Shown here one piece after another: positions 25,318 through 36,256 of a stretch of 64,000 nucleotides of DNA. Below the pieces are notes generated by a model. That model had not been told where the DNA came from and searched no databases. It worked only from the letters and a program-made list of their open reading frames with translations. Made by a program: the position numbers and the translations under genes. Numbering within the stretch: the first letter of the stretch is position 1; each line of letters opens with the position of its first letter. The stretch covers positions 64,001 to 128,000 of the forward strand of contig CM000431.1 of NCBI GenBank assembly GCA_000165345.1. The letters are read 5' to 3'.

Positions 25318-25617
25318 TATAAATATATTTATATAGAGATTAAGCTTTAATAAAAATTTAATGCATCATTAATAGATAATATAAAAAAAATTAAAAGTAA
25401 AGGATTAAACAAAGTTCAGAAAGGAAAAAGGTCAATTTTAAGTAAAAATTTGAGTGCAGAGTTGAAACTATTTCAAGATTATTAAGATAAACAAACAATC
25501 GTAAATAAATAACAATAATACAAGTTTATGAAGTCAAAGATAGAGGAAAATTAATTAAGATGAATAATAGTTTTGATTTTAAAAATAGAAGAAATTGCTA
25601 AAAAATAAATATTTGAA

Positions 25618-28600
25618 ATGTATGCAACACAGGACCAAAGTCAACTACCAGATGTTCCTGATTTCATTAAGAATGAAGTAAAAAAGAATGCTTTTAAAAA
25701 ACAGGGAGGAGACTCACTGGGAGGTCATTCATTTACAAGAGCAGCTTCAAGCTTGAATCATTATTTTATAGTAGCAAAATTAAAAAACAAAGGCCAGCTT
25801 TATGCTTGGGGTGTAAACACAAATAATGTTTTAGGTTTGGGTATAGAAAATGGAGAATTTAATTTTCCTATGAAAGTGAACTTCTTTTCAGCGTTGGAGG
25901 TATTCCAAGTAAGCTGTGGTTATTCTCACACGGCTGTCCTAGTAAAAGGAATTTCAGAAGCATCAGGAAGAGTATATACTATGGGACTTGGAGATAGAGG
26001 GAGATTAGGATACACCAGAGGCTATACAGAATTTGGAAACGAGCATGATAAGAATGATTTGAATGAGTCTTGGTATACTCCAGTTCCTTGCATTGTAAAT
26101 TTTCCATTCAATGCAAAGATTAGTAGAATTTCTTGTGGAGCAAACCATAGCTTGGCTTTATCAGATTCGGGACTAGTATTTGCATGGGGAATAGGACAGT
26201 ATGGGTGTTTAGGAACTGGAGAACTTAATGATGTATATTCTCCCGTCAAAATTGAGGCTGGGCCAACAGATAAGAAAGTACTACATATAGCAGCAGGAGC
26301 AAGACATTCATTATGTTGTAATGAAGATGGACAAGTTTTTGCTTGGGGAAGCAATTCAAATGGGAGACTTGGTACCGGTGGATCTTATGGAATGAAGACT
26401 GTCCCAACCCAAATAAAGTCTTTGAGTCAATATCACATAACTTTAGTCGCTGCAGGAGAGTCACATAGTGGATGCATTGATAGTTTTGGCTATATATATA
26501 CTTGGGGGAATGGTGGAAGTGGTAAACTTGGTCATGGAACTCAATCTGATTGCAATATTCCAAGAAGAATTGAGGGAATCAGCTCATTACCTTTTGTGCA
26601 GTTAACACTTGGAGCATTTAATTCAATGGCATTATCTCAATCTGGAGAAGTTTATATTTGGGGAGCAAAACAACATGAAATCATATCACTTCCTACTAAG
26701 ATAGATGCTTTTGATTCACACATTTGCCATATTAATTCTGGTCCGTATATTTCCTTTGCCATGGATGTAAGGCATAATATATATCTATGGAATAACAGAC
26801 TACTAGTCAATTCAAAAAAATCTGAAGCATTGAATGCCAGTGAGGAACAATTATATAAGAGAATGAATAGTAAAAACCCCGTATTGCTTCCATTTTTTCA
26901 AAGTAAAGCTTTTGTTGATGATTGCATTTTTTATATGGGATTTAATCTAGTTGATTATAAAGGAAATAAGGTATCTTATGAACCAAAGTCAGAAGGAGGC
27001 TTGTTTTCAGTGAACAGAATATATAAATCAAATGGATCTTCGGAAATTGGATCATTAGTTGGTTCCCAAATTCCTTCATGGTCTGTTAGACAAATTGCTT
27101 GTGGCACATCGCATACTTTGCTATTAGTTTACGGTGGTACCATATTTGCGTGGGGAGATAACAAATACGGACAGCTTGGAGTTGATACAAGAAGGAGAAA
27201 ATCTCAAAACGGTGACAAAAATGAATCTTTCCTGAATGAACCTACTGAAATCAAGTTTTCAGAGCCTATTAGAAGAGTTGCATGTGGATCATGGCATAGT
27301 CTTTGCTGCGATATCAAAGGTAATTGCTTCTCATGGGGAAGAGGTGACAGAGGCCAACTGGGAACTGGAGCTATACGTAATTTGTACGAACCAGCAGGAA
27401 TTGTCACTTTAAAGAATGTTATTGAAGTAGCTGGGGGAGAGCTTTATAGTGCATGCATTGTTGCATGCATTACTACAGGAAATAAGGATCTTGACACGAT
27501 TAACTCAGGTGACCTCTGGATTTGGGGTGATGGAGATCTTGGAAAGTTAGGACTAGGAGATCATGTATTAAAATCGTGTATTGCAGCTCCAAGACATTTA
27601 AATCTGGGCACTCCAATCATAAAGGTAGCTTTAGGATCTTCACACACTTTGGTTTTAACAGCTTCAGGAGAACTAATTACTTGGGGAGCTGGATATTATG
27701 GACGTCTTGGAACCAATAGTACCAAAAGTCATTCAAATCCTATTAAAATCAGGTTTCCAATTAAAGGAGTTCAAATTGTTGATATTGCTGTTGGATCTTA
27801 TCATTCTATGGCAGTTTCATCTCTTGGAGACTTATGGGTTTGGGGTAAGGCAGAAAATGTTCTTTCTGAGAAAGACGTTCTCACACCCTACATTTTTGCT
27901 AAATTAGAATCACCTTCAGGAGTTCCGAGAATATACTCTATTCATGCTTTTGGAGATGTTTCCTATGCAATTACTCAGTCTGGAGTTTTGTGGATTTGGG
28001 GACCCGAAAATTCAGAAACTGAAAATATTCAAGGCTTAGAATCCAGCATTAAGATCAAGTCTCATACAGGTAGGGCTGAAATGATACTACTACCAGGAAA
28101 TGCAATAGGAGTTTCTGGAAGTACAACACACCATGTTTGTTTGTTGGCATCAGGAGAGGTTGTATCTTGGGGAGATCCCTCCAGAGGTAAATTGGGACAG
28201 CAAGATATTAGAAATAAAAAGTATATTGAAGATCCTACACTAGTAATACAAAAGTGGAATGACGCAAAGAATATGTTAGATTCAGTAGGCAAAGGAGATT
28301 CATCTGCTGGACTAGCAACTGATAAGAAGAAGAACTATACAAAGGATGAGGGAGTTACTACAATTGAAGAGCTTGAAGCATTTATGGGAGAGTTAACAAG
28401 TAACTCCGTACATTTTTCAAAGAAAGCAAAATCATTCGAATATGTACAAAGCTTACTGCATAAAGAAGATCCTCGTACTAGAAAGGATTCTATTTCTTTG
28501 CTTGAAGAAGACTTAGTTGTATTGTTTTCCTCTCATATTGAATACTTCAGGAAAATGAAGGAAGAAGAAGAGAGGCTCAGATATTTAATTTTTCTAGCTG

Positions 28601-31254
28601 AAGTACAAATGAGAAGACTCATTAATATGATTCAATCAGCAAATTCCAACAGCTTTATATTCATTGAAGATAACTACTATAGGAATATTTATGGGGATTA
28701 TTTTAATAGCTTCATACTCAAGTATATGTCAATGATAGAATATATATTTGCGATTCTAAGAACACAACCATTATATATTATTAACTTAATGCTGGAGTGC
28801 AGTTTTGGAGAAGAGTTTATCTCCATTCTAAATTGTTTGTATGGATTATTTCCTCCTCAGTTAGAATATGTTGAAGTTTTTGAAACAAAAAATTTCCATG
28901 GGTTAAACGATTCTTTGATTATGCTCGAAATCATTGGAGAAATATTATGTAAAAGAGAATTACAGGAAGCTTTTAGTACAAATGACGTTTTTTGGCCTGG
29001 GAAATCAAAGTTTCTCTACTATTTAAGTTCTGTTGTGTTAAGAGGTCCAGATCTAAGAAGCCTAGTACAGAATCTACTTGATATATATACTCCTACTTCT
29101 TTGGTTTCTGTTATTGCAAAGTTTCCAAAAGAGGTTCTATTGGTTTTGGACTCCTCCTGCCTTGCTCAATATTTAGGAATAAGTCCAAATGATGAGTCTT
29201 TGCCAAAACATTATTTAAATATGGTCAAGTTTGCTGAAGTTGCTTTATTGGTGGGAATATCTGAGAATATTAATAAAAATATAAAATTCCCGAGGATATT
29301 GGAGAGGTTGTTGTATAAGGCATGTAAATTAGTCAATCTCATGGAAATTCCATCATTCAATCCTCTTTTAGATTATAAACAACAAAAAGACCAAGCAATA
29401 CAGCAACCTCTTATAAGATTACTTTTATATGGAATAATACTTCCAATATTGGAACAATGCAATGCTTATTGTACATATTTCTATTTTCCTCTAATTACAG
29501 ATATGAGAATAATGTCCTCAATTCAGCTTTTGGCTCATTCTATCAAAATATTTCTTGCAGGATACTTAAATCAAACTTCTAGTTCTCAGGGATTCTTATG
29601 GATCAATTCCTTAATCAGCTTCTCTAGTTCAATTACTATTAAGATATCAGAAATGGTTAATGAACAAAAAGATGTAACAGATTTATCTTTAACCTATCTC
29701 TCATATAATTCACAGTATTCATTACACTCTGATAATTACCATGTAGTATTAAATCTGGTTGATATCATGGTTATGATTAATTCTATTCAAAAGTATAAGA
29801 ATTTCCTAAGATTAAATTTAATGGATCCTGTCATTAATTCTGTTGAATACTTTTCAAGAAGAGACAAATTATCAATACCTTTTTTTCCTTTAGAGTTTAT
29901 TAATCTGGTAAAAAATGTGAATCTACTGCCAAATTCTGATGGAGGAGGAGTTTTTGTTTCTATTCGAATAAGTCCAAGATGGATTATAAATAATGATGTA
30001 CGCCAAAGCAGAATTTCAAATTATCTAAGAGTTAGTAATATTTCTAGTAATATAGAAATAGAAAACTCGAATAGAAGAGCAAACAGAAAATTCTATGATT
30101 TAGATGAACAAAACTATGATGAAATAAGAGATGAAGAAAATACATGTCTTCCTCCATTAGATACTTCGATGATGTTTTGTCCACTTACAAAAATTGGGAT
30201 GTCACAATCTTTATTACCTAGATTTGAAGCAAATGTTAGAAAATCGAATGGAATATCAGAGTTTGGATTATTTATTAGGTATTTTGAGATACCTGATAAA
30301 AGGAGAGCGATTGAGAAAGGTCTATTAATGTTACCTATAATTACAGCTAGAACAATGTTTGAGTTACTTGAAACTGTTGATGAATATATTGAACAATTTA
30401 AAAGAAAAGAAAATGATAAAAGACAATATGAGCAGTTATCATTCATGTTAGAATTCAGAAAAGTTGTTGAAGAGTTAATGCTTAATTATCAAGATTCCAT
30501 TACACCATTATTAATATGGATTACTAATGAAATAATGGATAGAATTAAACATAGAGCCTATTTAGAACATTTACTTGAAATTGAGGAGAAACTAAGAGAT
30601 AAGAGGAAGTGGTATAAAGACCAATTAAATGAATGGGAAGATGTTATTGAAAAATCAGTCATAAACATGACATTATGGGGGTACAAAGACACTGAATTGA
30701 TTAATTTGCTAAATAGATATTACAAAAACAATATAAATACTACGATGAAGCAAATGGAAAATGTTCTGTATAATACAATGATAAGTGGGTACTATGCAGG
30801 CGAAGATGACTTAACAATGATTAAGAATGGAAATTATATTACAACTGATATTATTAAAAAAAGTATAACATTACCATTCTTATGTTTTCCATTAAGTATA
30901 TTTATTATGAACAATGTAATAAAGATTAAGAGTGATGAGAAAATCTTTAATTTATTTGAGTCACAAAGAAAAACTATGATGAATTTCTTCAGAAGAACAG
31001 CTCAAATGAATAATTGGACAATATTTATTACTTTTACTCCTACATTGGGTCTTGATTGTATAATCACAACAAGTAGATCAGGCTACAAAATTCAAAGTTC
31101 ATTTGAACAAAGAATTATTTGTAAGTTCTATATTACTCCAGACCAAGTAAAGAAAGCAAAGTTTTCAAATTTCCTTTATACGAGACTTTATTCTAATGGA
31201 TTAGTTGAAGTAAATCTACCAAGTTTTGTTTCTTATGTTTATTCCCAAATATAA
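25618..31254 (+). CDS. RCC1-repeat (regulator of chromosome condensation-like) protein, 1878 aa, with two RCC1 propeller regions and a roughly 1000-aa helical C-terminal region of unknown function.
   Basis: More than 12 RCC1 blades carry the hallmark WGxxxxGQLG / GxxHS motifs (for example YAWGVNTNNVLGLG, FAWGSNSNGRLGTG, FAWGDNKYGQLGV, FSWGRGDRGQLGTG, ITWGAGYYGRLGT). Confidence 0.8.
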   Translation: MYATQDQSQLPDVPDFIKNEVKKNAFKKQGGDSLGGHSFTRAASSLNHYFIVAKLKNKGQLYAWGVNTNNVLGLGIENGEFNFPMKVNFFSALEVFQVSCGYSHTAVLVKGISEASGRVYTMGLGDRGRLGYTRGYTEFGNEHDKNDLNESWYTPVPCIVNFPFNAKISRISCGANHSLALSDSGLVFAWGIGQYGCLGTGELNDVYSPVKIEAGPTDKKVLHIAAGARHSLCCNEDGQVFAWGSNSNGRLGTGGSYGMKTVPTQIKSLSQYHITLVAAGESHSGCIDSFGYIYTWGNGGSGKLGHGTQSDCNIPRRIEGISSLPFVQLTLGAFNSMALSQSGEVYIWGAKQHEIISLPTKIDAFDSHICHINSGPYISFAMDVRHNIYLWNNRLLVNSKKSEALNASEEQLYKRMNSKNPVLLPFFQSKAFVDDCIFYMGFNLVDYKGNKVSYEPKSEGGLFSVNRIYKSNGSSEIGSLVGSQIPSWSVRQIACGTSHTLLLVYGGTIFAWGDNKYGQLGVDTRRRKSQNGDKNESFLNEPTEIKFSEPIRRVACGSWHSLCCDIKGNCFSWGRGDRGQLGTGAIRNLYEPAGIVTLKNVIEVAGGELYSACIVACITTGNKDLDTINSGDLWIWGDGDLGKLGLGDHVLKSCIAAPRHLNLGTPIIKVALGSSHTLVLTASGELITWGAGYYGRLGTNSTKSHSNPIKIRFPIKGVQIVDIAVGSYHSMAVSSLGDLWVWGKAENVLSEKDVLTPYIFAKLESPSGVPRIYSIHAFGDVSYAITQSGVLWIWGPENSETENIQGLESSIKIKSHTGRAEMILLPGNAIGVSGSTTHHVCLLASGEVVSWGDPSRGKLGQQDIRNKKYIEDPTLVIQKWNDAKNMLDSVGKGDSSAGLATDKKKNYTKDEGVTTIEELEAFMGELTSNSVHFSKKAKSFEYVQSLLHKEDPRTRKDSISLLEEDLVVLFSSHIEYFRKMKEEEERLRYLIFLAEVQMRRLINMIQSANSNSFIFIEDNYYRNIYGDYFNSFILKYMSMIEYIFAILRTQPLYIINLMLECSFGEEFISILNCLYGLFPPQLEYVEVFETKNFHGLNDSLIMLEIIGEILCKRELQEAFSTNDVFWPGKSKFLYYLSSVVLRGPDLRSLVQNLLDIYTPTSLVSVIAKFPKEVLLVLDSSCLAQYLGISPNDESLPKHYLNMVKFAEVALLVGISENINKNIKFPRILERLLYKACKLVNLMEIPSFNPLLDYKQQKDQAIQQPLIRLLLYGIILPILEQCNAYCTYFYFPLITDMRIMSSIQLLAHSIKIFLAGYLNQTSSSQGFLWINSLISFSSSITIKISEMVNEQKDVTDLSLTYLSYNSQYSLHSDNYHVVLNLVDIMVMINSIQKYKNFLRLNLMDPVINSVEYFSRRDKLSIPFFPLEFINLVKNVNLLPNSDGGGVFVSIRISPRWIINNDVRQSRISNYLRVSNISSNIEIENSNRRANRKFYDLDEQNYDEIRDEENTCLPPLDTSMMFCPLTKIGMSQSLLPRFEANVRKSNGISEFGLFIRYFEIPDKRRAIEKGLLMLPIITARTMFELLETVDEYIEQFKRKENDKRQYEQLSFMLEFRKVVEELMLNYQDSITPLLIWITNEIMDRIKHRAYLEHLLEIEEKLRDKRKWYKDQLNEWEDVIEKSVINMTLWGYKDTELINLLNRYYKNNINTTMKQMENVLYNTMISGYYAGEDDLTMIKNGNYITTDIIKKSITLPFLCFPLSIFIMNNVIKIKSDEKIFNLFESQRKTMMNFFRRTAQMNNWTIFITFTPTLGLDCIITTSRSGYKIQSSFEQRIICKFYITPDQVKKAKFSNFLYTRLYSNGLVEVNLPSFVSYVYSQI

Positions 31255-31290
31255 ATCCGTTTAATGTATTAAATCAATTAAATAAAAAAT

Positions 31291-32691
31291 CTAAAATAAT
31301 ATAATTCCAACATTTGAAGGTGAAATTTGAGGTATCTTCCAATTAAACACATAATATCTTAATCTACCGGTACCGATAATAAATTTACTATCTTGAATAA
31401 CTTGTAAATTTTGCATCAGATCCAATGTATTAAAAGCATCACAATTATTATTTTTGGCAGTAATAAGCATTTCATTGAACAATTCTTTTAATGAGCAGGT
31501 ATTTGCAATATTGAAGTATGAATATGCAATATTAATAGTTGGAAATCTTTCATTATTGATGACAGTGGATTCTATTATAAAGAAGCTAAACAAGTCAGTA
31601 ATTTCTTTATTTTTATTTTCTCGAACATAAGTTACAATAACTTTATCAATATTCGTGAAATAATGTTTAACATCTTCAACATTAAAGCATTGATGAATTG
31701 TGATTTTGTCTTGCAAATCTTCAATCTTATCCAGCTTCATATATGCTTGTTTTCCAAGCTCTTTTGAATGGTTAATTTCATCATAGTTTATCAGATTATT
31801 CATGGTTTCGTTGCTGACATCTTTATATTTCATAAAGTAATTTTCGAATAATTTACAGATTTGTTCTGCATCAGAATCTACGGAGGGTCTAAACCCTTCA
31901 ATTCTTTTATCAGCAGGAATACGATGATATTTAATTAAAGAGCTCATGGTCATATTTCTTGGGATTCCAATAAAACCAGCTTCTAATAATTTCTTTACAT
32001 TAATTATACGATGCCAATAAGTTCCAATAGTAAAAGGTTTGGTAATATTCTTCCCACAAGTGTAAATTGATTGAAAGATTTTTTCACATCTGATTCTTCT
32101 TGTAATTTCCTTAATAAGTACAGGGGCAAGTCTTTTAGATCTAAGCTTCTTATGAACGCAAAGAAAATTAACTACAGAAGTATTCATAATGCAATTATGA
32201 ATTCTAACTTTGATTGGGATTGCGGAAATAAATCCAACCATTTTCTTTGTTTCATTAACTCTGACTCCAACAAGCCAGTTCTTTTTTTGACCAGGGACAC
32301 AAAGAGCCCATCTAAGAAACTCCTTTGAATAATTAAATCTAAATTGGGAATCGTCATCTTCAACATAATGGTCTTTTAATAATTGGTAAGTATCTTCAAA
32401 ATCTTGAGATTCTATATCCCATAAATTACAATCAAACCAAGAGAATCCATCTGGTAGCTTATATATTTCTTTTCTAAAAGAATCTGGTTCAATTTCAATG
32501 GGTCCAAATGAATATTCACTGGAAGAATCATCGTTTTGAACTACTGGTTGAGTATTCCAGAATTTGTGTGGTTTGATTGCATTTGCGGCAGTGTTCATAA
32601 AGCTACCTAAGCTCATTTCTTTCAGAAGATTTGTGATCTTCTTGGTATTTGAAATGGAAGATTCTGAATTCTCTGGGGTTTCACCACTCAT
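31291..32691 (-). CDS. NMT: Glycylpeptide N-tetradecanoyltransferase (N-myristoyltransferase), 466 aa.
   Basis: FWNTQPV N-terminal motif, the acetyltransferase-fold core FLCVHKKLRSKRLAPVLIKEITRR, and a C-terminal ...GTGRLRYYVFNW. The length matches NMTs. Confidence 0.85.
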   Translation of the reverse strand: MSGETPENSESSISNTKKITNLLKEMSLGSFMNTAANAIKPHKFWNTQPVVQNDDSSSEYSFGPIEIEPDSFRKEIYKLPDGFSWFDCNLWDIESQDFEDTYQLLKDHYVEDDDSQFRFNYSKEFLRWALCVPGQKKNWLVGVRVNETKKMVGFISAIPIKVRIHNCIMNTSVVNFLCVHKKLRSKRLAPVLIKEITRRIRCEKIFQSIYTCGKNITKPFTIGTYWHRIINVKKLLEAGFIGIPRNMTMSSLIKYHRIPADKRIEGFRPSVDSDAEQICKLFENYFMKYKDVSNETMNNLINYDEINHSKELGKQAYMKLDKIEDLQDKITIHQCFNVEDVKHYFTNIDKVIVTYVRENKNKEITDLFSFFIIESTVINNERFPTINIAYSYFNIANTCSLKELFNEMLITAKNNNCDAFNTLDLMQNLQVIQDSKFIIGTGRLRYYVFNWKIPQISPSNVGIILF

Positions 32692-33252
32692 TCTAATAAG
32701 TTATTCAAATGTGTATGCGTTGAAATAAGCAACTAAAATCGAATCAAAGTAATAGTAATATTAATTTTATTATTATAAATCAGTATGTTCAATTATATAC
32801 TCTTATTAATGGCACAAAGATATTAAGGAGGGGTTTTTGATTAATGTTTATCATTGGGTTTAGAGAGGGGCGATATAGTTATACTGAAACTTTCTAAGAA
32901 ATTACAAAAAAAAAAATGTGAATAAACTCAAATCTATAAGAGGAGTGAAAAGAATATTTGGTCATGCATAAATATGGAGTATTACAAAGAGGAATCAAAT
33001 ACTTAAAGAAATATTGATAAAAACAATATTGTTTTTATTAAAAATTGCAAACCAAATAATAAATAAATGGCGGCAAATCATGCACTGCCCTTATTTTAGG
33101 CGGGTAATGTTTAAAATATAATGATATCAAGCAAATCTAATAAAATTTGCAAAAGAAAAAAGTCAAGTAAAGAAAAAAAGAAGAAATTTGAAACAATAAT
33201 AATTGAAAGTTAAAGGTTGAGAAAACAAAAGTGTTATTTAATAAGTACATAA

Positions 33253-34107
33253 ATGAAAATAGAAGATAGCGTGATAGTGGTTACAGGTGGGATGAGTGGG
33301 TTAGGTAAAGCAGTTGTGGAGGAGCTGTTAAAGGAAAACCCAAGAAAGGTGTGTTTAATGGATGCAGTGCTAAAAGAAGGTGAATTGGAAGAAGAGCCAA
33401 TAAATAAGTGTGAAAAATACTGTGTAGATGTGACAGACTATAATTGTATAAAAAGTGCAGCCAAGTCAATAATTGATAAATATTCAAAGATAGACGCAGT
33501 GGTGCATTGTGCAGGTATTACTCATTGTCCAACACCAATAGTACAGAAGGATGATAATGGAAAAATAATGGAGAATAATGAGGATATTCCAGAAATTTGG
33601 GGAAAAGTCGTGAATGTAAATGTGATTGGTACATTGAATGTCATTCATTGTTTATCTCCATTTTTGGCTATGAATCAAGGAAACTCGCATGGGTTTGAAA
33701 AAGGAGTATTTATTTTGGTTTCAAGTAGTACAGCAAGAGATGGTCCTGCTCAAAATCAGGGTTATATTGCATCAAAAGGAGCAATTAATTCGTTAACTTT
33801 GCCATTAGCTAGAGAGTTGGGCCCGCTGGGAATTAGAGTTGTCACAATTGGTCCAGGGGTTTTCGATACTCCAATGTCAAAGCACGCAATGAGTGAAAAA
33901 ACTTCTTCTACTTTGTTAAAGTCGATTCCATTAGGAAGATTTGGCGTTCCAAACGAATTTGCTGAAACTGTTGTAAATGTTGGGTTAAAGTCTGAATACA
34001 TATCAGGAGAAATTATTTATTTGGATGGCGCCTGGAGGCCTCCATTTATAACTAGTGGGAGTGTGAGAAGGTTATCAATCCAAAAATCATCAAGTAATGA
34101 CGAATAA
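33253..34107 (+). CDS. Short-chain dehydrogenase/reductase, HSD17B10 / 3-hydroxyacyl-CoA dehydrogenase type-2-like, 284 aa.
   Basis: Rossmann TGGxSGLG (VVTGGMSGLGKA), an NAD-binding acidic residue, and the catalytic S...YxxxK (SSTARDG...YIASKGA). Confidence 0.75.
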   Translation: MKIEDSVIVVTGGMSGLGKAVVEELLKENPRKVCLMDAVLKEGELEEEPINKCEKYCVDVTDYNCIKSAAKSIIDKYSKIDAVVHCAGITHCPTPIVQKDDNGKIMENNEDIPEIWGKVVNVNVIGTLNVIHCLSPFLAMNQGNSHGFEKGVFILVSSSTARDGPAQNQGYIASKGAINSLTLPLARELGPLGIRVVTIGPGVFDTPMSKHAMSEKTSSTLLKSIPLGRFGVPNEFAETVVNVGLKSEYISGEIIYLDGAWRPPFITSGSVRRLSIQKSSSNDE

Positions 34108-34490
34108 AATAAGTTTGAGCGCATGAGAAGTTATAAATTTGCCTTAATTATTATTTTTTGAGTTGTTAATTCCATTTGACTCATAGTTTAACTATTTACC
34201 CTTACTTTGGTTAAACTATTTAAATGAGTTTAAGTGGAAAAGCTAAATACTGAAATAATATATATTACAATGACTTCTTAATAGTGTTTGTTGATTGATA
34301 CTGTATATATCAAATAAGTCTTGAATTAATGTATTTACTTTTCTCATTGTAATTTCTAAACCTTCCTCAGAATAATAAATCTATCATTCAATTTTCTTTT
34401 CTGCACATCATAGGGATCTTTTCACTTAAAAATACATTGCTCTTTGCCAATTAAACATTTGCTTTAATTCAGTCTCCCACTAAATGTGTT

Positions 34491-34563
34491 TGACCTGGTA
34501 GCTCCAACGGTAGAGCGTCTGACTCCAGATCAGACGGTTCAGGGTTCGAATCCCTGTCGGGTC
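34491..34563 (+). tRNA. tRNA-Trp (anticodon CCA at 34524-34526).
   Basis: Hand-folded cloverleaf. Acceptor GACCTGG/TCGGGTC (two G-U pairs). D stem gctc/gagc. Anticodon stem tctga/tcaga with loop cTCCAga. T arm caggg-TTCGAAT-ccctg with B box GGTTCGAATCC. Discriminator A. CCA is not encoded. Confidence 0.85.
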
Positions 34564-34564
34564 A

Positions 34565-34572
34565 CTTTTTTT
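34565..34572 (+). terminator. Pol III terminator T-run (T8) immediately 3' of the tRNA.
   Basis: cTTTTTTTTg directly follows the discriminator base. Confidence 0.7.
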
Positions 34573-34580
34573 TGAGCAGG

Positions 34581-34638
34581 CCAATTGGCGCCGGCGGCAA
34601 TTGTTATTTAGATAAACTGTGGGATGTGTATGCATGCA
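34581..34638. promoter_or_regulatory. Near-palindromic CAATTGGCGCCGGCGGCAATTG (20 of 22 positions symmetric) plus a TGCATGCA box at 34631-34638. It lies between the tRNA-Trp gene and the 34668 ATG.
   Basis: Read directly. Two inverted GGCGCC/GGCGGC cores. Confidence 0.45.
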
Positions 34639-34667
34639 AGGAATAAATGTAAAGAAGAATATCAGTA

Positions 34668-35792
34668 ATGTTCAAGTCGATAAAAAAGAAGAGAGATGAA
34701 TTTTTGTTTAAGTGGAATAGAAGGAGGTATAGTTATAGAATGGGATGGTATTATTCGATGTTGAGTATCGTTTCTGGAATAATTATTTTGGTTAGCTTTA
34801 TATTATTTTTCTTATTAAAAATGAATAGTTGTACTGGTAGGAGATGTGGGATTTTTCGAACATTTTCATGTTCTCCAACTAGTGTATCTCTTTTATCTTC
34901 AGCATTCATATCTTTGGGAAGTATTTACTCAATAAAATCTGCTTTTAGTTATATGCTTTCCAGATTATTATATAGTTTTGCAAATTATAGAACAACAGAC
35001 TTTATGGCTCTTGGAAAATTTGCTTCAATACTCGGAGCTTTGGTTAAGCATATTCCATTTCTTATTGCTTTATGTACAATTTGCAATGGGATAATATGTA
35101 TAACTGGGGTAATTTATATATTAATTGGACTTTGTAGCCATTCTTATTCTTCAGCAACTCAGATAATTGTAGACAATTGCCGTCTATATTTTTCAAATTG
35201 TGAAAATCCCACAGTCAATTCAATTTTTGATTGTAATGATCCTTCTCAGCTAATTTCATCCCCTTTTCTACAGCTAAGGTGTTTACCAGGCTCATCTGAA
35301 ATTTGTAGATATTCACAAGAACTTAAGTCAGGCAGTAATCCGTGTACAAAAGATATGCTAAAGAGCTATTTAATTTCGACAGGAGATAGTGAAATCATTG
35401 AAGAGTTGGAAAAACTGACAGGTAGGACCTTATCAATAAGTATGCCTAATCAAGTTGACAAAGAAAATAGTAGGAAAATAATCGAGAGAAAACTTGGCTC
35501 AACATATATTTCAACATTACAAGGCGTTAGCAATCGAGAATTACTGGATCTATACCTATTACCGTCTTCGCCTTCAGACCAAAGTGAATTAATAAGCAGC
35601 TATGGCTTCAGCGATCTATATGCAGCAGCTCGTGTTTGGATAGCTGCTGCATGCTATACTTATGTCTCGACGACCATTCTATTCTTCTTCGTTAAATACT
35701 TCAGCCCTCAGGATTCGTGTTTTTCTTTTGTTAGAAGTCCAAATGAATTCTTTCTTCTGAAAATACTAAATATATTTACTCCTTGGCAGTAA
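34668..35792 (+). CDS. Hypothetical multi-pass membrane protein, 374 aa, with a Cys-rich extracytoplasmic segment.
   Basis: At least four hydrophobic helices (IVSGIIILVSFILFFLL, LSSAFISLGSIYSI, IPFLIALCTICNGIICITGVIYILIGL, C-terminal AAACYTYVSTTILFFFV). A cysteine-rich loop CRLYFSNCENP...CNDP...CLPGSSEIC...CTKD. No recognised family. Confidence 0.55.
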   Translation: MFKSIKKKRDEFLFKWNRRRYSYRMGWYYSMLSIVSGIIILVSFILFFLLKMNSCTGRRCGIFRTFSCSPTSVSLLSSAFISLGSIYSIKSAFSYMLSRLLYSFANYRTTDFMALGKFASILGALVKHIPFLIALCTICNGIICITGVIYILIGLCSHSYSSATQIIVDNCRLYFSNCENPTVNSIFDCNDPSQLISSPFLQLRCLPGSSEICRYSQELKSGSNPCTKDMLKSYLISTGDSEIIEELEKLTGRTLSISMPNQVDKENSRKIIERKLGSTYISTLQGVSNRELLDLYLLPSSPSDQSELISSYGFSDLYAAARVWIAAACYTYVSTTILFFFVKYFSPQDSCFSFVRSPNEFFLLKILNIFTPWQ

Positions 35793-36221
35793 ATAAAATA
35801 AAGCAAAATATATATAACTTTAAAGGACTGGAGACAATTACTTTCATCTCTTTTTTCATAAAGTAATAAAAAGCTTTTAGGAAATACACCATAAAAATGT
35901 TTATTTTTGGCTTTCATCTACTATTTGAATTTATCTTCTCTGTAGATATAATAATTATTCTCTAATTCAAAAAAAAAAGCTGTAAGATAACAAACAATAA
36001 CTCGGATAATTAAAGATGTTGTTTTGAAAACTGATGTTGTTACATCTGAAAGCTGAAATTAATAAAAAAAAAAAAACTGTTTAAAAAATGATTAATTTCT
36101 TTTTTAAAATTTTATACCTTTGTAAACTTTCTTTTTTTCTTTTTTTTTTAAAAAAAACTTCGATACCACCTCTTCCTCATCCTTTTGAAATAATATTTAC
36201 ATATAAGGCATCAGGACCGTA

Positions 36222-36256
36222 TGCATGCAATTTCCCGCCCAAATTTGGGCGGAAAA
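36222..36256. promoter_or_regulatory. TGCATGCA box followed by a near-perfect 26-bp palindrome TTTCCCGCCCAAA|TTTGGGCGGAAAA (a double E2F-like site).
   Basis: Read directly. It sits in a 3'-3' convergent gap, 36-70 bp beyond the CAF1 stop codon. Confidence 0.45.
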
